From NCBI GenBank assembly GCA_050246315.1, contig JBFWWG010000004.1:32001-96000 (forward strand): a DNA stretch of 64,000 bases, read 5' to 3'. This document shows positions 40,687 through 52,844 of the stretch, one piece after another (positions within the stretch are counted from its first letter, which is position 1; every line of letters begins with the position of its first letter). Position numbers and translations under genes: made by a program. The notes below the pieces were generated by a model. It made no database searches, had not been told where the DNA came from, and saw only the letters and a list, made by a program, of their open reading frames with translations. Origin of the DNA: Nitrospiraceae bacterium. GTDB taxonomy: Bacteria; Nitrospirota; Nitrospiria; Nitrospirales; Nitrospiraceae.

Positions 40687-41604
40687 TTAGGTCCGTCTGG
40701 CCAATTGAGTCTCGCCGCCCGGCCAGGCCAGCAACAACGAACTGGCCACAAACACCGATGAATAAGTGCCGATCACGACGCCTCCGAGGAGGGCCAACGA
40801 AAAATCATGGAGGACCTCCCCTCCGGCAAACGTCAGGGGAAGCAAAACCAGGATGACAGTCAGGCTGGTCACGATGGTTCGGCTGAGCACCTGATTCATC
40901 GCTCCGTTGATCACCTGCGGCATCGGTTCACGACGACGTTGACGGAGGTTCTCTCGAATGCGATCGAACACCACCACGGTATCGGTGAGCGAATACCCGG
41001 CCAAGGTCAGTAACGCCGTGATGACGAGTAACGTGATCTCCTTGTCGAGCAGGTAAAAAATTCCCAACACCGCCAAGACATCATGAAACGTGGCGAGAGC
41101 GGCAGCCACCCCGAAGACCCACTGAAATCGAGCGGCGATATACGCGACGATGCCCATAAAGGAGATCAACACGGCGATCATCGCATCCTGCTGCAATTTT
41201 TTCCCGATCGTCGGCCCGATCTCCGTGGTCGATTCCACGACAAACTTGTTATCGGGAAACTCCTTGCTGAACACGGCCATGATGCGCTCCGCGACCTTCT
41301 CTTCGATAGTCGTGGACGCCTTCACGCGGATCAGCAGCTTGTTCTCGGCGACAAACTCCTGCAACTCAGCCTCTCCGAGACCGTTGACCTCCAACGTGCG
41401 ACGCGCCGCCTCGATAGTCATCGCCTTTTCGAATTTTAGCTGCACGGCCGTCCCGCCCGCAAAGTCGATCCCCAGATTGGCCTGTCCCCGGGCGATTTGA
41501 ATCAACGCGATCAACCCAAGAAGCGCCAGGATGCCGGAACATGTAAAGGCGATGCGGCGCTTTCCCATGAAATCTACATTGGTTTTTCCCAGAATCTCAA
41601 ACAT
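40687..41604 (-). CDS. secF: Protein translocase subunit SecF
   Basis: LGIDFAGGT, IGPTIG, FHDV, GYSLTDTVVVFDRIREN. Confidence 0.97.
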   Translation of the reverse strand: MFEILGKTNVDFMGKRRIAFTCSGILALLGLIALIQIARGQANLGIDFAGGTAVQLKFEKAMTIEAARRTLEVNGLGEAELQEFVAENKLLIRVKASTTIEEKVAERIMAVFSKEFPDNKFVVESTTEIGPTIGKKLQQDAMIAVLISFMGIVAYIAARFQWVFGVAAALATFHDVLAVLGIFYLLDKEITLLVITALLTLAGYSLTDTVVVFDRIRENLRQRRREPMPQVINGAMNQVLSRTIVTSLTVILVLLPLTFAGGEVLHDFSLALLGGVVIGTYSSVFVASSLLLAWPGGETQLARRT

Positions 41605-41639
41605 GCGACTCCTTTGTCCTTCTCTTGCTGACTCGACGC

Positions 41640-43283
41640 TTAGATGCTGAGGTGCTCGACTTTCGACCGGCGGTTCATCAAATCGAAGACGACTTTGGTA
41701 CCCACCAAGGCCGTGAACAAATTGATGATGATGCCGATGCAGAGGGTGACGGCAAATCCTTTGATGGGGCCGGTCCCGAACAGGAACAGGGCAAACCCCG
41801 TGATGAGGGTCGTGACGTGCGAATCGATGATCGTCAGCAATGCCTTGTCATAGCCTCCGTCCACCGCCAACCGAATGGGCTTGCCCAAGCGGAGTTCCTC
41901 TCTGATCCGCTCGAAAATCAGCACGTTCGAATCGACGCCCATGCCGATGGTCAGAATGATACCGGCAATGCCCGGGAGCGTCAGCGTCGCATTCAACGCC
42001 GCCAGCGCGCCGATGAGGCATATCAGGTTCAAGGCCAGAGCAAAATCCGCGATCACCCCGGAGAGACGATAGTACGTGGCCATGAAGACGATCACGAGAA
42101 TTCCGGCGAAAATCGTGGACTTGACCCCCTTCTCGATCGAGTCCTGTCCGAGCGACGGCCCCACCGTCAGATCTTGAATGATCTTCAGGGGAGCCGGCAG
42201 GGCGCCGGCCCGAAGCACGATCGCCAGATCGTTGGCCTCCTGGGTCGTGAAGGTCCCGCTGATCTGTGCGCGCCCGCCGCTGATCCTCTCCTGAATCACC
42301 GGCGCCGAATAAATGGTGTTGTCCAGGACGATGGCCATACGCTTTTTGACGTTTTCGGCGGTGATCCGTTCGAATTCTCGCGCCCCTTTGGTATCAAACG
42401 TGACGGATACGTAGGGATCGTTGAACTGGCCGATCGACACCCGCGCATCGCTCAACACGTCGCCCGTCAACATCACCCGCTTCCTGACCAGGTAGGGGAT
42501 GCGATATTCTCGGCCCTGGTCCTTGTCGATAACCCGTTCAAACAGCACTTCATCGCCATCCGGCAGCTTGTCCTTGATCTTGGCCAGCACCTCCTCCTCT
42601 TTGCCCTTATCCACGCGTGCCGGCAGATCGAGCGCCATCTTGCTGCCGTCATCCAGCATCTTGAACTCGAGGATGGCCGTCTCCTTAATCAGGTCCTTGG
42701 CCCGTTTGGGGTCTTCGATGCCGGGCAACTGCACGACCAACTGTTTGAGTCCTTGACGTTGAATCAAGGGCTCCGCCACTCCGAACTGATCCACCCGATT
42801 GCGGATCGTCTCCAGCGCCTGATTGACGGCTGTTTCCTTAATGCGTTTGATCTCCGCCTCGCGCAGCTCCCAGACCAGGCTGTTTCCGCCGCCTTTTCCT
42901 TCCACTTCAAAAAAGCTCGGAAACTCATCGATCACCTTTTGGATCTGACTCTTTCCCTCCGCGTTCTGCGCCGTGATCGCGATCTGCATAGGACCGGTCC
43001 GCGAGATCGAATCCGCCGCGAGCTTCTTGTCCGCCAACGCGTCTTGAAGCGAGGTCATGGCTCGATCAACGGCGATTTCAACCGCGCGATCTTCCTCGAC
43101 TTCCAAGACCAGGTGAATACCGCCTTGCAGATCCAACCCCAGTGAGATGCCTTTGCTGGGCAACACTTTCTTCAGCCAATCGGGCAATTCACGATAGACC
43201 GCCGGATAGGACGGCAGGAAACAGATGACCGACACGACCACCACGACCAACAACAACATCAACCGACCACCGACTTTTTTCAT
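41640..43283 (-). CDS. secD: Protein translocase subunit SecD
   Basis: LGLDLQGG, RVDQFGVAEP, LRAGALPAP, GMGVDSNVLIFERIREE. Confidence 0.97.
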   Translation of the reverse strand: MKKVGGRLMLLLVVVVVSVICFLPSYPAVYRELPDWLKKVLPSKGISLGLDLQGGIHLVLEVEEDRAVEIAVDRAMTSLQDALADKKLAADSISRTGPMQIAITAQNAEGKSQIQKVIDEFPSFFEVEGKGGGNSLVWELREAEIKRIKETAVNQALETIRNRVDQFGVAEPLIQRQGLKQLVVQLPGIEDPKRAKDLIKETAILEFKMLDDGSKMALDLPARVDKGKEEEVLAKIKDKLPDGDEVLFERVIDKDQGREYRIPYLVRKRVMLTGDVLSDARVSIGQFNDPYVSVTFDTKGAREFERITAENVKKRMAIVLDNTIYSAPVIQERISGGRAQISGTFTTQEANDLAIVLRAGALPAPLKIIQDLTVGPSLGQDSIEKGVKSTIFAGILVIVFMATYYRLSGVIADFALALNLICLIGALAALNATLTLPGIAGIILTIGMGVDSNVLIFERIREELRLGKPIRLAVDGGYDKALLTIIDSHVTTLITGFALFLFGTGPIKGFAVTLCIGIIINLFTALVGTKVVFDLMNRRSKVEHLSI

Positions 43284-43323
43284 GCTCGCTCCACAGGCTT
43301 CAGATCCATCAACGTCTCAGGAT

Positions 43324-44843
<1,520 letters not shown>

Positions 44844-46640
44844 TTACATTCGCTCCGGAGCGGACACGCCTAGGAGGCCCAACCCGTTGTGAATCACTTG
44901 GCGAATTTGCCGCATGAGGGCCAACCGCGCGCCCGTCAATTCAGGTGTGAGTGTCTCACGATGACAGGAGGAGAGGGCCGCGGCCTCCGTGCCTGTCGTG
45001 CCGGCTCTTGCGTCCAATGGACGGGGCATCGTCTCGGGTTCCGACTCGGCATCCGCCACTGGGGGGAGAATGCGGTGTCGAAAGTAAAACGCATGGAGCT
45101 GGCTCGCCAGCTCTTGCAGATAGACGGCGACCCGATGTGGCTCCATCGCGGTCACGGCACCTTCGACAATCGTCGGATAGATCGATAACTTCCGTATCAA
45201 GGCAAATTCATCCGAATTGGTGAGAGCGGACAGATCCGCCTGGCTAGGATTGGGGACCATGATGCCGCGCGATTCCGCGACCCGACAAAGACTCGCCACC
45301 CTCGCATGCGCATATTGCACGTAGTAGACGGGGTTGTCGGCAGACTGTTGTTTGACCAGCTCCAGATCGAAATCCAAATGCGTATCGGAACGCCGCATGA
45401 GAAAGGAAAATTTCGCCGCGTCCGCGCCCACTTCGTCGATCACCTCGCGGAGCGTGATGAATTCCCCTGCGCGCTTCGACATTTCCACCTTCTTCCCTCC
45501 GCGAAGAAGGCTGACCATCTGGACCAGGACGACTCCCAGGTGAGTCCGCGGATATCCGAAGGCTTCCACGACCGCTTGCATCCGCGGGATATAGCCGTGA
45601 TGGTCGGCGCCCCAGACATTGATGAGCCGGTCGTAGCCCCGGAGCAGTTTGTCTCGATGGTACGCAATGTCGGAGGCCAGATAGGTAAAATCGCCATCCT
45701 GCTTTTGCACCACCCGATCCTTTTCGTCGCCGTAGGCTGAAGAACGAAACCAGACGGCCCCATCCTGCTCTACAATCAGCCCGCGGCTCTTCAGTTCCTG
45801 GATGACACGGAGAACGGCACCCGACTGTTGCAACGACGCCTCGCTGAACCATGACTGAAACGTCACACCAAAACGAGCGAGATCGGCGCGGATCTCGTCC
45901 ACCAGGTGCTCATAGGCCAAGAGCAGGCAGCGTCGTTCCGCCTCCTCTCTCGGCAGTTGAAGCAACGTCGTGCCGGCCTGTGCGAGGACCAGCGCCGCAA
46001 CATCCTCGATATACTGTCCTTGATAGCCGTCTTCAGGCACAGGCGACTCACGGCCGTTGAGCTGCTCATAGCGCGCCAGAACCGACGCTCCGAGCAGCCT
46101 CATCTGCCGGCCGGCGTCGTTGATATAATATTCCCGCACTACCTCGGCGCCGGCCGCCTCAAACAAATTGCCCAGCACCTGACCGACCGCAGCTCCCCGC
46201 CCGTGCCCGACATGAAGGGGGCCGGTCGGATTGGCGCTCACAAACTCAATCAGCAGACGTTGCCCTTGCGCCAGTTTATTGGTCCCGTAACGAGCTCCCT
46301 GCCGTTCGATCTCGCGCAAGACCTCCAGCCACACCTCGCGTTTGACGGTCATATTGAGAAATCCAGGCTGCATAATCTCGACACGATCGAGCCATCGTTC
46401 ACGCTCGGCCATATTGCTGACGATGATGCGGGCGATCTCATGAGGAGCTCGCTGTTCACGGGCAGCCAACACCATCGCAACCGTCGAGGCAAGATCTCCC
46501 CATTCCGGCCGCTTGGGAGCGTCGAGTGTGATGGGAGGGAGGGGATCCACCTTGAGTTCCCCTCGTTTCCTGGCTTGAAGGAGTGCCTGGTGCAGCATCT
46601 GCTCGATTTTGTCCCGGACAATTCCGCGCGACATGACCAC
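44844..46640 (-). CDS. argS: Arginine--tRNA ligase
   Basis: EFVSANPTGPLHVGHGR, WGADHHGY, MSKRAG, NPVYYVQYAHAR, APERM. Confidence 0.97.
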   Translation of the reverse strand: MVMSRGIVRDKIEQMLHQALLQARKRGELKVDPLPPITLDAPKRPEWGDLASTVAMVLAAREQRAPHEIARIIVSNMAERERWLDRVEIMQPGFLNMTVKREVWLEVLREIERQGARYGTNKLAQGQRLLIEFVSANPTGPLHVGHGRGAAVGQVLGNLFEAAGAEVVREYYINDAGRQMRLLGASVLARYEQLNGRESPVPEDGYQGQYIEDVAALVLAQAGTTLLQLPREEAERRCLLLAYEHLVDEIRADLARFGVTFQSWFSEASLQQSGAVLRVIQELKSRGLIVEQDGAVWFRSSAYGDEKDRVVQKQDGDFTYLASDIAYHRDKLLRGYDRLINVWGADHHGYIPRMQAVVEAFGYPRTHLGVVLVQMVSLLRGGKKVEMSKRAGEFITLREVIDEVGADAAKFSFLMRRSDTHLDFDLELVKQQSADNPVYYVQYAHARVASLCRVAESRGIMVPNPSQADLSALTNSDEFALIRKLSIYPTIVEGAVTAMEPHRVAVYLQELASQLHAFYFRHRILPPVADAESEPETMPRPLDARAGTTGTEAAALSSCHRETLTPELTGARLALMRQIRQVIHNGLGLLGVSAPERM

Positions 46641-46745
46641 CCTAACCCGTCATTTTCAAAGGAGAAAATTAACTTGTTACTTTAGCATATCCGGAACATG
46701 AGGCACAAGGGCGGTTCATGTCATCTGTCGTTCAGACTGGTGAAT

Positions 46746-47750
46746 TTACGTGCTTGCGACACGGTGGCAGACAGAGAGGAGCGTCGGCAAATCGATGCGG
46801 AGACACGGTCGCATCCCGCAACCCCGTACACGCGACCAGTCCGAACGGCAGTCACAAGAGTCGCCCTGCAGGACTCGCACATGCGGACCGATCGGTCCCC
46901 AACGAGCGGGATCGGTTGGTCCGAACAGCGTCACGGTCGGGGCTCCAACCGAGGCGGCAAGATGCGTCACTCCAGAGTCATTGCCAACGAACAGAGAGGT
47001 CTGCGCCAGTACGGATGCCAGGGTGGTCAGATCGCAGGCCTTGAGGATTGGGACCTGATCTGGGGCAAGAAGCCCGGTGACCGCCGACACCGCCGCCCCA
47101 TCGGCCGGACCGGCAATCATGACAGCTTGGTCGCCTCTATCCCACGCCCAGTTGATCACTCCTGCGAAAAGTCGAGGGTCGGCGCATTTATACAGGCTCC
47201 CGCTCCCGGGGTGAACCGCCACAAGTCCCTCGACCGACACATTCACTCCCATTCGCTGCAAGGTTTCACGCGCCCTTGTCCGCCGACCAGGAGAAATCTG
47301 CAGCGGAGGATCGAGGCCCACTTGCCTCGGGGCCATCCCTTCAACAATTTCGACGAAACGAGCGGACTGGTGAATAGCCCGCAGCTCACGGTCGAAGGGA
47401 GACCTAAGTATGACGTCAGCGCTCAGGAAACGACCCAATGTGGCGCTGAGCGTTCCCTGAGGATCGGAGAAGAACCCGATCACCCGATCGCACCTTCCAA
47501 ACCAATCACACCGCTGGGAGGTCGGGGTTGGTTCACTACTGAACAACGTGCAGCCGAATGCTCTCTCCAGACTGAACGCCTCAGCCACTTCACCGGCCTC
47601 CTTGAGTAAGTCTCCCACTCCAGCGCTAGCCAGTAATGCAACCCGGTGACAGGGAAATCGTTCCCTCATCATCCGAAAGCACGGAAGCGCCAACAATACA
47701 TCTCCGAGTGCTCCGGGATGAATGACCATCACCATGTCGGACTTACCCAC
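46746..47750 (-). CDS. Glycosyltransferase family 9 (heptosyltransferase-like)
   Basis: GALGDVLL, HPGSGS..K, FVGNDSGVTHLAA, LFGPTDPARWGP. Confidence 0.92.
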   Translation of the reverse strand: MGKSDMVMVIHPGALGDVLLALPCFRMMRERFPCHRVALLASAGVGDLLKEAGEVAEAFSLERAFGCTLFSSEPTPTSQRCDWFGRCDRVIGFFSDPQGTLSATLGRFLSADVILRSPFDRELRAIHQSARFVEIVEGMAPRQVGLDPPLQISPGRRTRARETLQRMGVNVSVEGLVAVHPGSGSLYKCADPRLFAGVINWAWDRGDQAVMIAGPADGAAVSAVTGLLAPDQVPILKACDLTTLASVLAQTSLFVGNDSGVTHLAASVGAPTVTLFGPTDPARWGPIGPHVRVLQGDSCDCRSDWSRVRGCGMRPCLRIDLPTLLSVCHRVAST

Positions 47751-47926
47751 CGGTTTGGCCTTTGCGCTCTAGGGAGAACTCACCGTGAGGATCGACCTCT
47801 CGTGAAAGCCGCCGGCTACTCCAAACTGGTGATATCGCGGTGCTGGCCAACCACGACCGGGCATGAGGACAGGTGTGTCATGGAAGGCTCTGGTTCGATT
47901 GAAGACTCGTACCGGAAAAAGAGTAT

Positions 47927-48547
47927 TTACTCACGTTCGAGCAACTCTCGGGCGAGAGCGAGATCCGTTGGCGTATTCACGTTTAAGAACGACAGGGCTT
48001 CCTCGGCACTTTGAATCACTTCCGAGTCCGTCAACACAAGGCCCTGTAGCATCTGATTGGAGACCAGCCCTTGCAATCGAAAATCTCCGCCCCGTGCCAT
48101 CTCGGCCAATACAGGCAGGCAGGTCTTCCGGTAAAAAGCATGCATGGGTTGGAGCCGTGATTTCACTCGGGCCATCACAAAATCGACATCATCTCGTGCA
48201 TCCGCCAGCCTGCGGATCACCGAGAGATTCACAAGTGGCATGTCACACGCAACGGCAAAGATCCAGTCCCGAATGGATGCCTCCAAACTGCTATACACAC
48301 CTCCCAACGTGGCGCAGTTTGGCATGGCATCAGCCACAACCCGGTGCCCTCTGGTCGGCAATCCATTGGGTTCCGAGGCGACCGAAATGATCACTTCTTC
48401 AAAGAGCGATTCCACGCAATCGACTACCCGATCAAAGAGCGTCTGTTCGCCTATCTTGATGAACCGCTTATCCTCCCCCATGCGAACGCTCCGTCCCCCC
48501 GCAAGGACCACGGCGGTCGCATTGCTGATCTTCATCAATTGGGTCAT
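47927..48547 (-). CDS. mobA: Molybdenum cofactor guanylyltransferase
   Basis: VLAGGRSVRMGEDK, ACDMPL, NVNTPTDL. Confidence 0.93.
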   Translation of the reverse strand: MTQLMKISNATAVVLAGGRSVRMGEDKRFIKIGEQTLFDRVVDCVESLFEEVIISVASEPNGLPTRGHRVVADAMPNCATLGGVYSSLEASIRDWIFAVACDMPLVNLSVIRRLADARDDVDFVMARVKSRLQPMHAFYRKTCLPVLAEMARGGDFRLQGLVSNQMLQGLVLTDSEVIQSAEEALSFLNVNTPTDLALARELLERE

Positions 48548-48595
48548 GTCGGTCACATTCTCGTACAATCCACAATCGAGCGCGCGATGAGTCAC

Positions 48596-48635
48596 AAAAA
48601 AAGAGAGGGGGTGAGGTTATCCCCCACCCCCTCTC
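48596..48635 (-). terminator. Intrinsic terminator ending the bd-like/cytochrome operon
   Basis: GAGAGGGGGTG/CACCCCCTCTC stem followed by a U-tract on the minus strand. Confidence 0.8.
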
Positions 48636-48657
48636 CCCGCAAGACACGATCACGAAG

Positions 48658-50430
48658 CTAGAAGCTCTTGCCCTTCTTTCTATTCGCCCGCCGAGCCAGA
48701 ACCCACCCTTCCAGCACTACGACGCCGAGTCCGATCAACACCGGATAGATGTACGTTTCTTTCGGAATCGGCGGCTCGAGAATCGTATAATAGAAGGCCG
48801 ACACCGACATCTTCCTTCCGGCATCGCCGTTGTGCCCATCCCACGTGAAGAAGACAGTCGGAATATACTTACCAGCCTCAACATAGGCATATTCCTCGTA
48901 ATCATCCTTCCGCGGACGCTGCACCATCACTGTCCAGCGCCCATCCTTCCATTCCGACTTCAGAACCTTGAGCTTTTCCTCAAAATCATCCCGCTCTTCA
49001 AAATCCTGATCCCACCCGGTACCCTTGAAAGACCGGACAATGCCATCCGCTTCCCATTTCACGATATCCACCGGGTACTTGTTGTCACCCCAGAGATAGC
49101 GCGGCTTGGCGGGAGGCGGCAACTCTTGCCACTTGATGGGGAATTGGAAAGCAAACGCATCATTGAACGCCCGATAATTATTCTGGGCAGCGGCAATCGA
49201 ACCAGGCTCACCGGTCTTGGGAGCCTGCTCCTTCACCCCATAGGTATCGAGGTTCACCTCGGTCGGGTCCCACTCCGGTTTCTCCTGAGCCACGCTTTTC
49301 GTACGATCATCCCACTGGAACAAGAACACGATATTGTCGTTGTTGTACAGCGACTTGACCCAGACATCATCGATCCGGGTCACGAAATTCCGTGGCTTGT
49401 GAGTAATTTGACCACCAAGCGCCACAATCCGCCGCTCCCGGTTGGTCCACATTTCGCTTTCAGGATCATCCGAAATGTCTCCCTCCACCGGACCGGAGCG
49501 CACCACGAAATTGATCTTCGGCTTGTCCGTCAAGGGATCAATTTCAAGAGGATTGCCGTCCTTGTCTCGCTCACAGAGCGATTGGACAAAATTGGCGATA
49601 TCCCAGCGCTCCTCCAAGGTGGTGCTGTCTGCGAAGGAGGGCATTGGAGTCCCGTTGACCCCCGTCGAGAAGGTCCTAAAAATGTTCTTCACATTGTAAG
49701 GATCCTGGCGACTCCCGCGGAAATTCCAACACTTGTGCCAGTTGGCCGGTTGGATCGAAAATCCCCAGTCATCCTTCAGGTTGAAGGCGTTGCCATCGCC
49801 CCGACCGGTCACGCCATGGCACTCGATACACTTCTTATCGACCACCAACTGGGCGCCCTTCTCAATACTTTCCTTTGTTGAAGGGACCTGTTTGATCTCA
49901 CCCAATTGGAGAACGGTCTGCGTTTCAGTATCCTTATCCGTAAACTTCCGATCTTTGACCAATTGAGTCGTCACGAACGACAACACTTGCAGCCGTTGCT
50001 CCTCGGTCAAAATTCCTTCCCACGGAGGCATTGCGGATCCGGGCAATCCATGGGTCACAGTCTCGAACAGGTCGTTCTTGCCCGAGGCTTGCTCCTTGTA
50101 ATTGAACAGGGGTAACTCGCCGCTGGCCGTATGGCGAATCTTGAAGGTGCCCTGGTTGAAATTCCGCGGCCGAGGCCACAACCGATCCGCACCAGGGCCG
50201 TCCCCGGCACCGTCAACGCCATGGCACCAGACACATTTGGTAAAATAGACGCGCTTTCCAGCCTCAATCATCTCCGCTGGAGGCTCCGGAGCAAGCGCCT
50301 GGTTCTTGAACCCTTCAGGCGCAGCCTGCTCGGCATAGGCCGTTGTCACCGCGCTGCCGGAAAGCAGCACGAGTCCTGCCGTAGCGAGGCCGAGAAGGGC
50401 TTTGGAACGAGATCCATTCTGCATTGTCAT
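48658..50430 (-). CDS. Diheme cytochrome c fused to an EbdC-like domain with C-terminal anchor (alternative NxrC candidate)
   Basis: CVWCH, CIECH, then SLYNNDNIVFLFQWDD, DAFAFQFP, WDGHNGD; C-terminal TM. Confidence 0.88.
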   Translation of the reverse strand: MTMQNGSRSKALLGLATAGLVLLSGSAVTTAYAEQAAPEGFKNQALAPEPPAEMIEAGKRVYFTKCVWCHGVDGAGDGPGADRLWPRPRNFNQGTFKIRHTASGELPLFNYKEQASGKNDLFETVTHGLPGSAMPPWEGILTEEQRLQVLSFVTTQLVKDRKFTDKDTETQTVLQLGEIKQVPSTKESIEKGAQLVVDKKCIECHGVTGRGDGNAFNLKDDWGFSIQPANWHKCWNFRGSRQDPYNVKNIFRTFSTGVNGTPMPSFADSTTLEERWDIANFVQSLCERDKDGNPLEIDPLTDKPKINFVVRSGPVEGDISDDPESEMWTNRERRIVALGGQITHKPRNFVTRIDDVWVKSLYNNDNIVFLFQWDDRTKSVAQEKPEWDPTEVNLDTYGVKEQAPKTGEPGSIAAAQNNYRAFNDAFAFQFPIKWQELPPPAKPRYLWGDNKYPVDIVKWEADGIVRSFKGTGWDQDFEERDDFEEKLKVLKSEWKDGRWTVMVQRPRKDDYEEYAYVEAGKYIPTVFFTWDGHNGDAGRKMSVSAFYYTILEPPIPKETYIYPVLIGLGVVVLEGWVLARRANRKKGKSF

Positions 50431-50462
50431 GGTTTGTCCCTCTTCGCCTTGCTCGTGAATAA

Positions 50463-51422
50463 TTAGTCCCACGTACGGGGGTAGTAACCCGTATGCCAGT
50501 ATTCAAACAGAATGACCTTCCAGATCTCATCCGTGGTCAAATGCTGCTCCCACGGCGGCATCACGGACGCCCACGGAAACCCCTCCGGTGGAAGACCAAT
50601 GCCACCCTTCGCCACGCGCCAGAATACGAAGGTTTCTTGAAGCTGTGCCAATGTCCCAGGATCGGTGAAATTGGCCGGAATGGGATTAAACGCGAAGGCA
50701 TGAAGGCCCCGCCCGTTCAAATTGTCACCGTGACAGAAATGACAATTCTGGAAGAAAATTTCACCGCCCTCGCGAACGTACTTGATGTAGCCTTGGGCAT
50801 TTGGATCCCACGGATTGGCCTCCGGCTTCTGCTGCATCAGCCGCCCCATGCTCTGCTCAGTGATGAGCTTTCTGGCAAACTCCTCATCAAACTTGCCATC
50901 GGTATTCACACGATACGGATTGTAGGCAGTTTGGAGTGTAAATGTCTTGCCATGAACCTTCGTATTCTGAGGCGGAGCCGGATGCACAGTCCGTAATTCA
51001 ATCGGCTCGTCCAGACTGGGGAGGAACGAATTATAGGCAAACCCACCGATAATAAGCGGCAAGGCCACCAGCCAGGCAGTGCGCAGAAGCTTGTGTAGAC
51101 CGGTGTTCGCATCCAACACGTTGAGAATCGGTTGCTTGAACTTTTTCCAATCCTCTTCGTTGCTGGACAGCCACATGAAAACCGCTACAAGTGCCGCGGT
51201 TCCATACATGGCCCTGACGCTGAACGGAATCGGCGGATAGATCCTGTACTTCAGGTACATCAGAAGGAAGACCCAAAACAGGATGCCCTGCCAAAACCGG
51301 GACATGGCGAGCCCGCTCTTGTTCAGCATGTAACTGAGAAGGGCAAACACGCCGACGCAGAAGGCGAGCTCAAAGATCATCTGCATCGGCATATACCCCT
51401 CGACCAACTTTAGCCAGGTCAT
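50463..51422 (-). CDS. Membrane-bound monoheme cytochrome c
   Basis: About four N-terminal TM segments, CHFCH, VMPPWE. Confidence 0.9.
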   Translation of the reverse strand: MTWLKLVEGYMPMQMIFELAFCVGVFALLSYMLNKSGLAMSRFWQGILFWVFLLMYLKYRIYPPIPFSVRAMYGTAALVAVFMWLSSNEEDWKKFKQPILNVLDANTGLHKLLRTAWLVALPLIIGGFAYNSFLPSLDEPIELRTVHPAPPQNTKVHGKTFTLQTAYNPYRVNTDGKFDEEFARKLITEQSMGRLMQQKPEANPWDPNAQGYIKYVREGGEIFFQNCHFCHGDNLNGRGLHAFAFNPIPANFTDPGTLAQLQETFVFWRVAKGGIGLPPEGFPWASVMPPWEQHLTTDEIWKVILFEYWHTGYYPRTWD

Positions 51423-51455
51423 GATTCCACTCTCCTTCTTGGGCTCAAATGTTCC

Positions 51456-52766
51456 CTAGTTGATCTTCGGCGGCTCTTTTCCCGTCTGCACTTGCGAGAG
51501 GTAGTCGATGATCTTATTAATCGCTCCCGCGCTCAGCTTCTGGCCGAAAATCTTGGGCATCACGCCGTCTGCAAATGGCTTCACGACATAGGCGCTCGGG
51601 TTGATGACCGACTCCATGATGTATTCACGAGTCGTCTTTGCCCCTCCCTTGTAATCTGCGGACTTGATTCGAAGAGGAGCGTTGGTTCCCTCCTCAAGCT
51701 TCGGCCCTACGGCACCGGTCGCTCCTGGGATACCAGGAATTGTGTGGCACACGATGCACTGCCCCTTCGCAAAGATCTGGTCGACCGGCTCAGACCCATC
51801 GGCCAACAATCCACCCCCGCCCGCATCCTTCTTCTCTTCCTGCTGCGCGGGACGATCCGACTCCGGAATGAACTTTTCGTACGACTTCGCGATCTCATCG
51901 TACGAGGGTGCGTCCTTACCCTCCCGCACATACATCCAGGTATCGACGGCCGCCAACTCTCCGATCGAAAGTGAAATCGGCGGCTTATGAATCTTGGGCA
52001 TCGGGCTTTCCTTATCATTCGTACCCTTGACACCAAAGCCAGCCACTACAAAGCAGTTTGGACAAGCATGCGATTCAGCGATGTACTCTTGGCCTACTTC
52101 AGCAGTACCCGAGCCAGGGAAGGACTCCTTCTCGACCGTGTCTCTTTCAGCCGGCTTCCCCTTGTGATAACGCGGATCGTTCATGCGCTCGTCGAGCCGC
52201 CCCGGCAACCCCCACAAGTTCGGAGCACGCTCGCTGAGAAATCCTTGATTGAATCCATGACACAGAGGACACTGTCCTTTCCCGATCGCGCCTTGGACTT
52301 GGCTTTGTCCCACTCCGCCGAAAATGATCTTCTCTCCCTCATCTGCCAACTGCTGCGGACTCATCGAATTGAAATCCAACTTGACCTCGGGGGGAGGAAA
52401 CCCACCCTCGACTTGCGGGAGCCAATTGCCGTAGCCGGACAAGAACGCCGCCACAAAGAACATCATGCCGCCGATCTTGAACAACGCACTGAGATTGGCG
52501 AAATACAAACCCATCATCAGCGTCATGGCGGTAATCATCGCCAACGACACGGGGAGCAGTCGGCTTTCCGCGAAGAAATTGATCTTATAATTCGCGATTG
52601 CGAAAAAGAGCATCACGCTGGCAATCATGCCGATAAAGGTCTTAAACATTGCTCGCTTTTTCGCTTCAGGATCCGGGATAGCGACCTGGAAATACACCAG
52701 CAGGCCCACGAGCAATGCAAAGACTGGCCATCCCATGTCCAACGCAGCAGAAAATAAATTCCCCAC
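51456..52766 (-). CDS. Membrane-bound diheme cytochrome c
   Basis: N-terminal TM segments, CPLCH, CIVCH, distal Met motifs SPMPK and GVMPK. Confidence 0.9.
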   Translation of the reverse strand: MGNLFSAALDMGWPVFALLVGLLVYFQVAIPDPEAKKRAMFKTFIGMIASVMLFFAIANYKINFFAESRLLPVSLAMITAMTLMMGLYFANLSALFKIGGMMFFVAAFLSGYGNWLPQVEGGFPPPEVKLDFNSMSPQQLADEGEKIIFGGVGQSQVQGAIGKGQCPLCHGFNQGFLSERAPNLWGLPGRLDERMNDPRYHKGKPAERDTVEKESFPGSGTAEVGQEYIAESHACPNCFVVAGFGVKGTNDKESPMPKIHKPPISLSIGELAAVDTWMYVREGKDAPSYDEIAKSYEKFIPESDRPAQQEEKKDAGGGGLLADGSEPVDQIFAKGQCIVCHTIPGIPGATGAVGPKLEEGTNAPLRIKSADYKGGAKTTREYIMESVINPSAYVVKPFADGVMPKIFGQKLSAGAINKIIDYLSQVQTGKEPPKIN

Positions 52767-52790
52767 AGCTCAATCCTCCTCAGGATAGCA

Positions 52791-52827
52791 TAGAGGGCCC
52801 CACTCCCTGATGGGTCGGGGCCCTCTA
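52791..52827. other. Intergenic 11-bp perfect hairpin without a U-tract
   Basis: TAGAGGGCCCC...GGGGCCCTCTA. Confidence 0.7.
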
Positions 52828-52844
52828 GAATGAGACAGCAAGTC

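Noticed and set aside
40263..40690. Several overlapping ORFs between secF and the histidine kinase
   Set aside because: No family motifs or convincing RBS; I could not identify an RNA element either.
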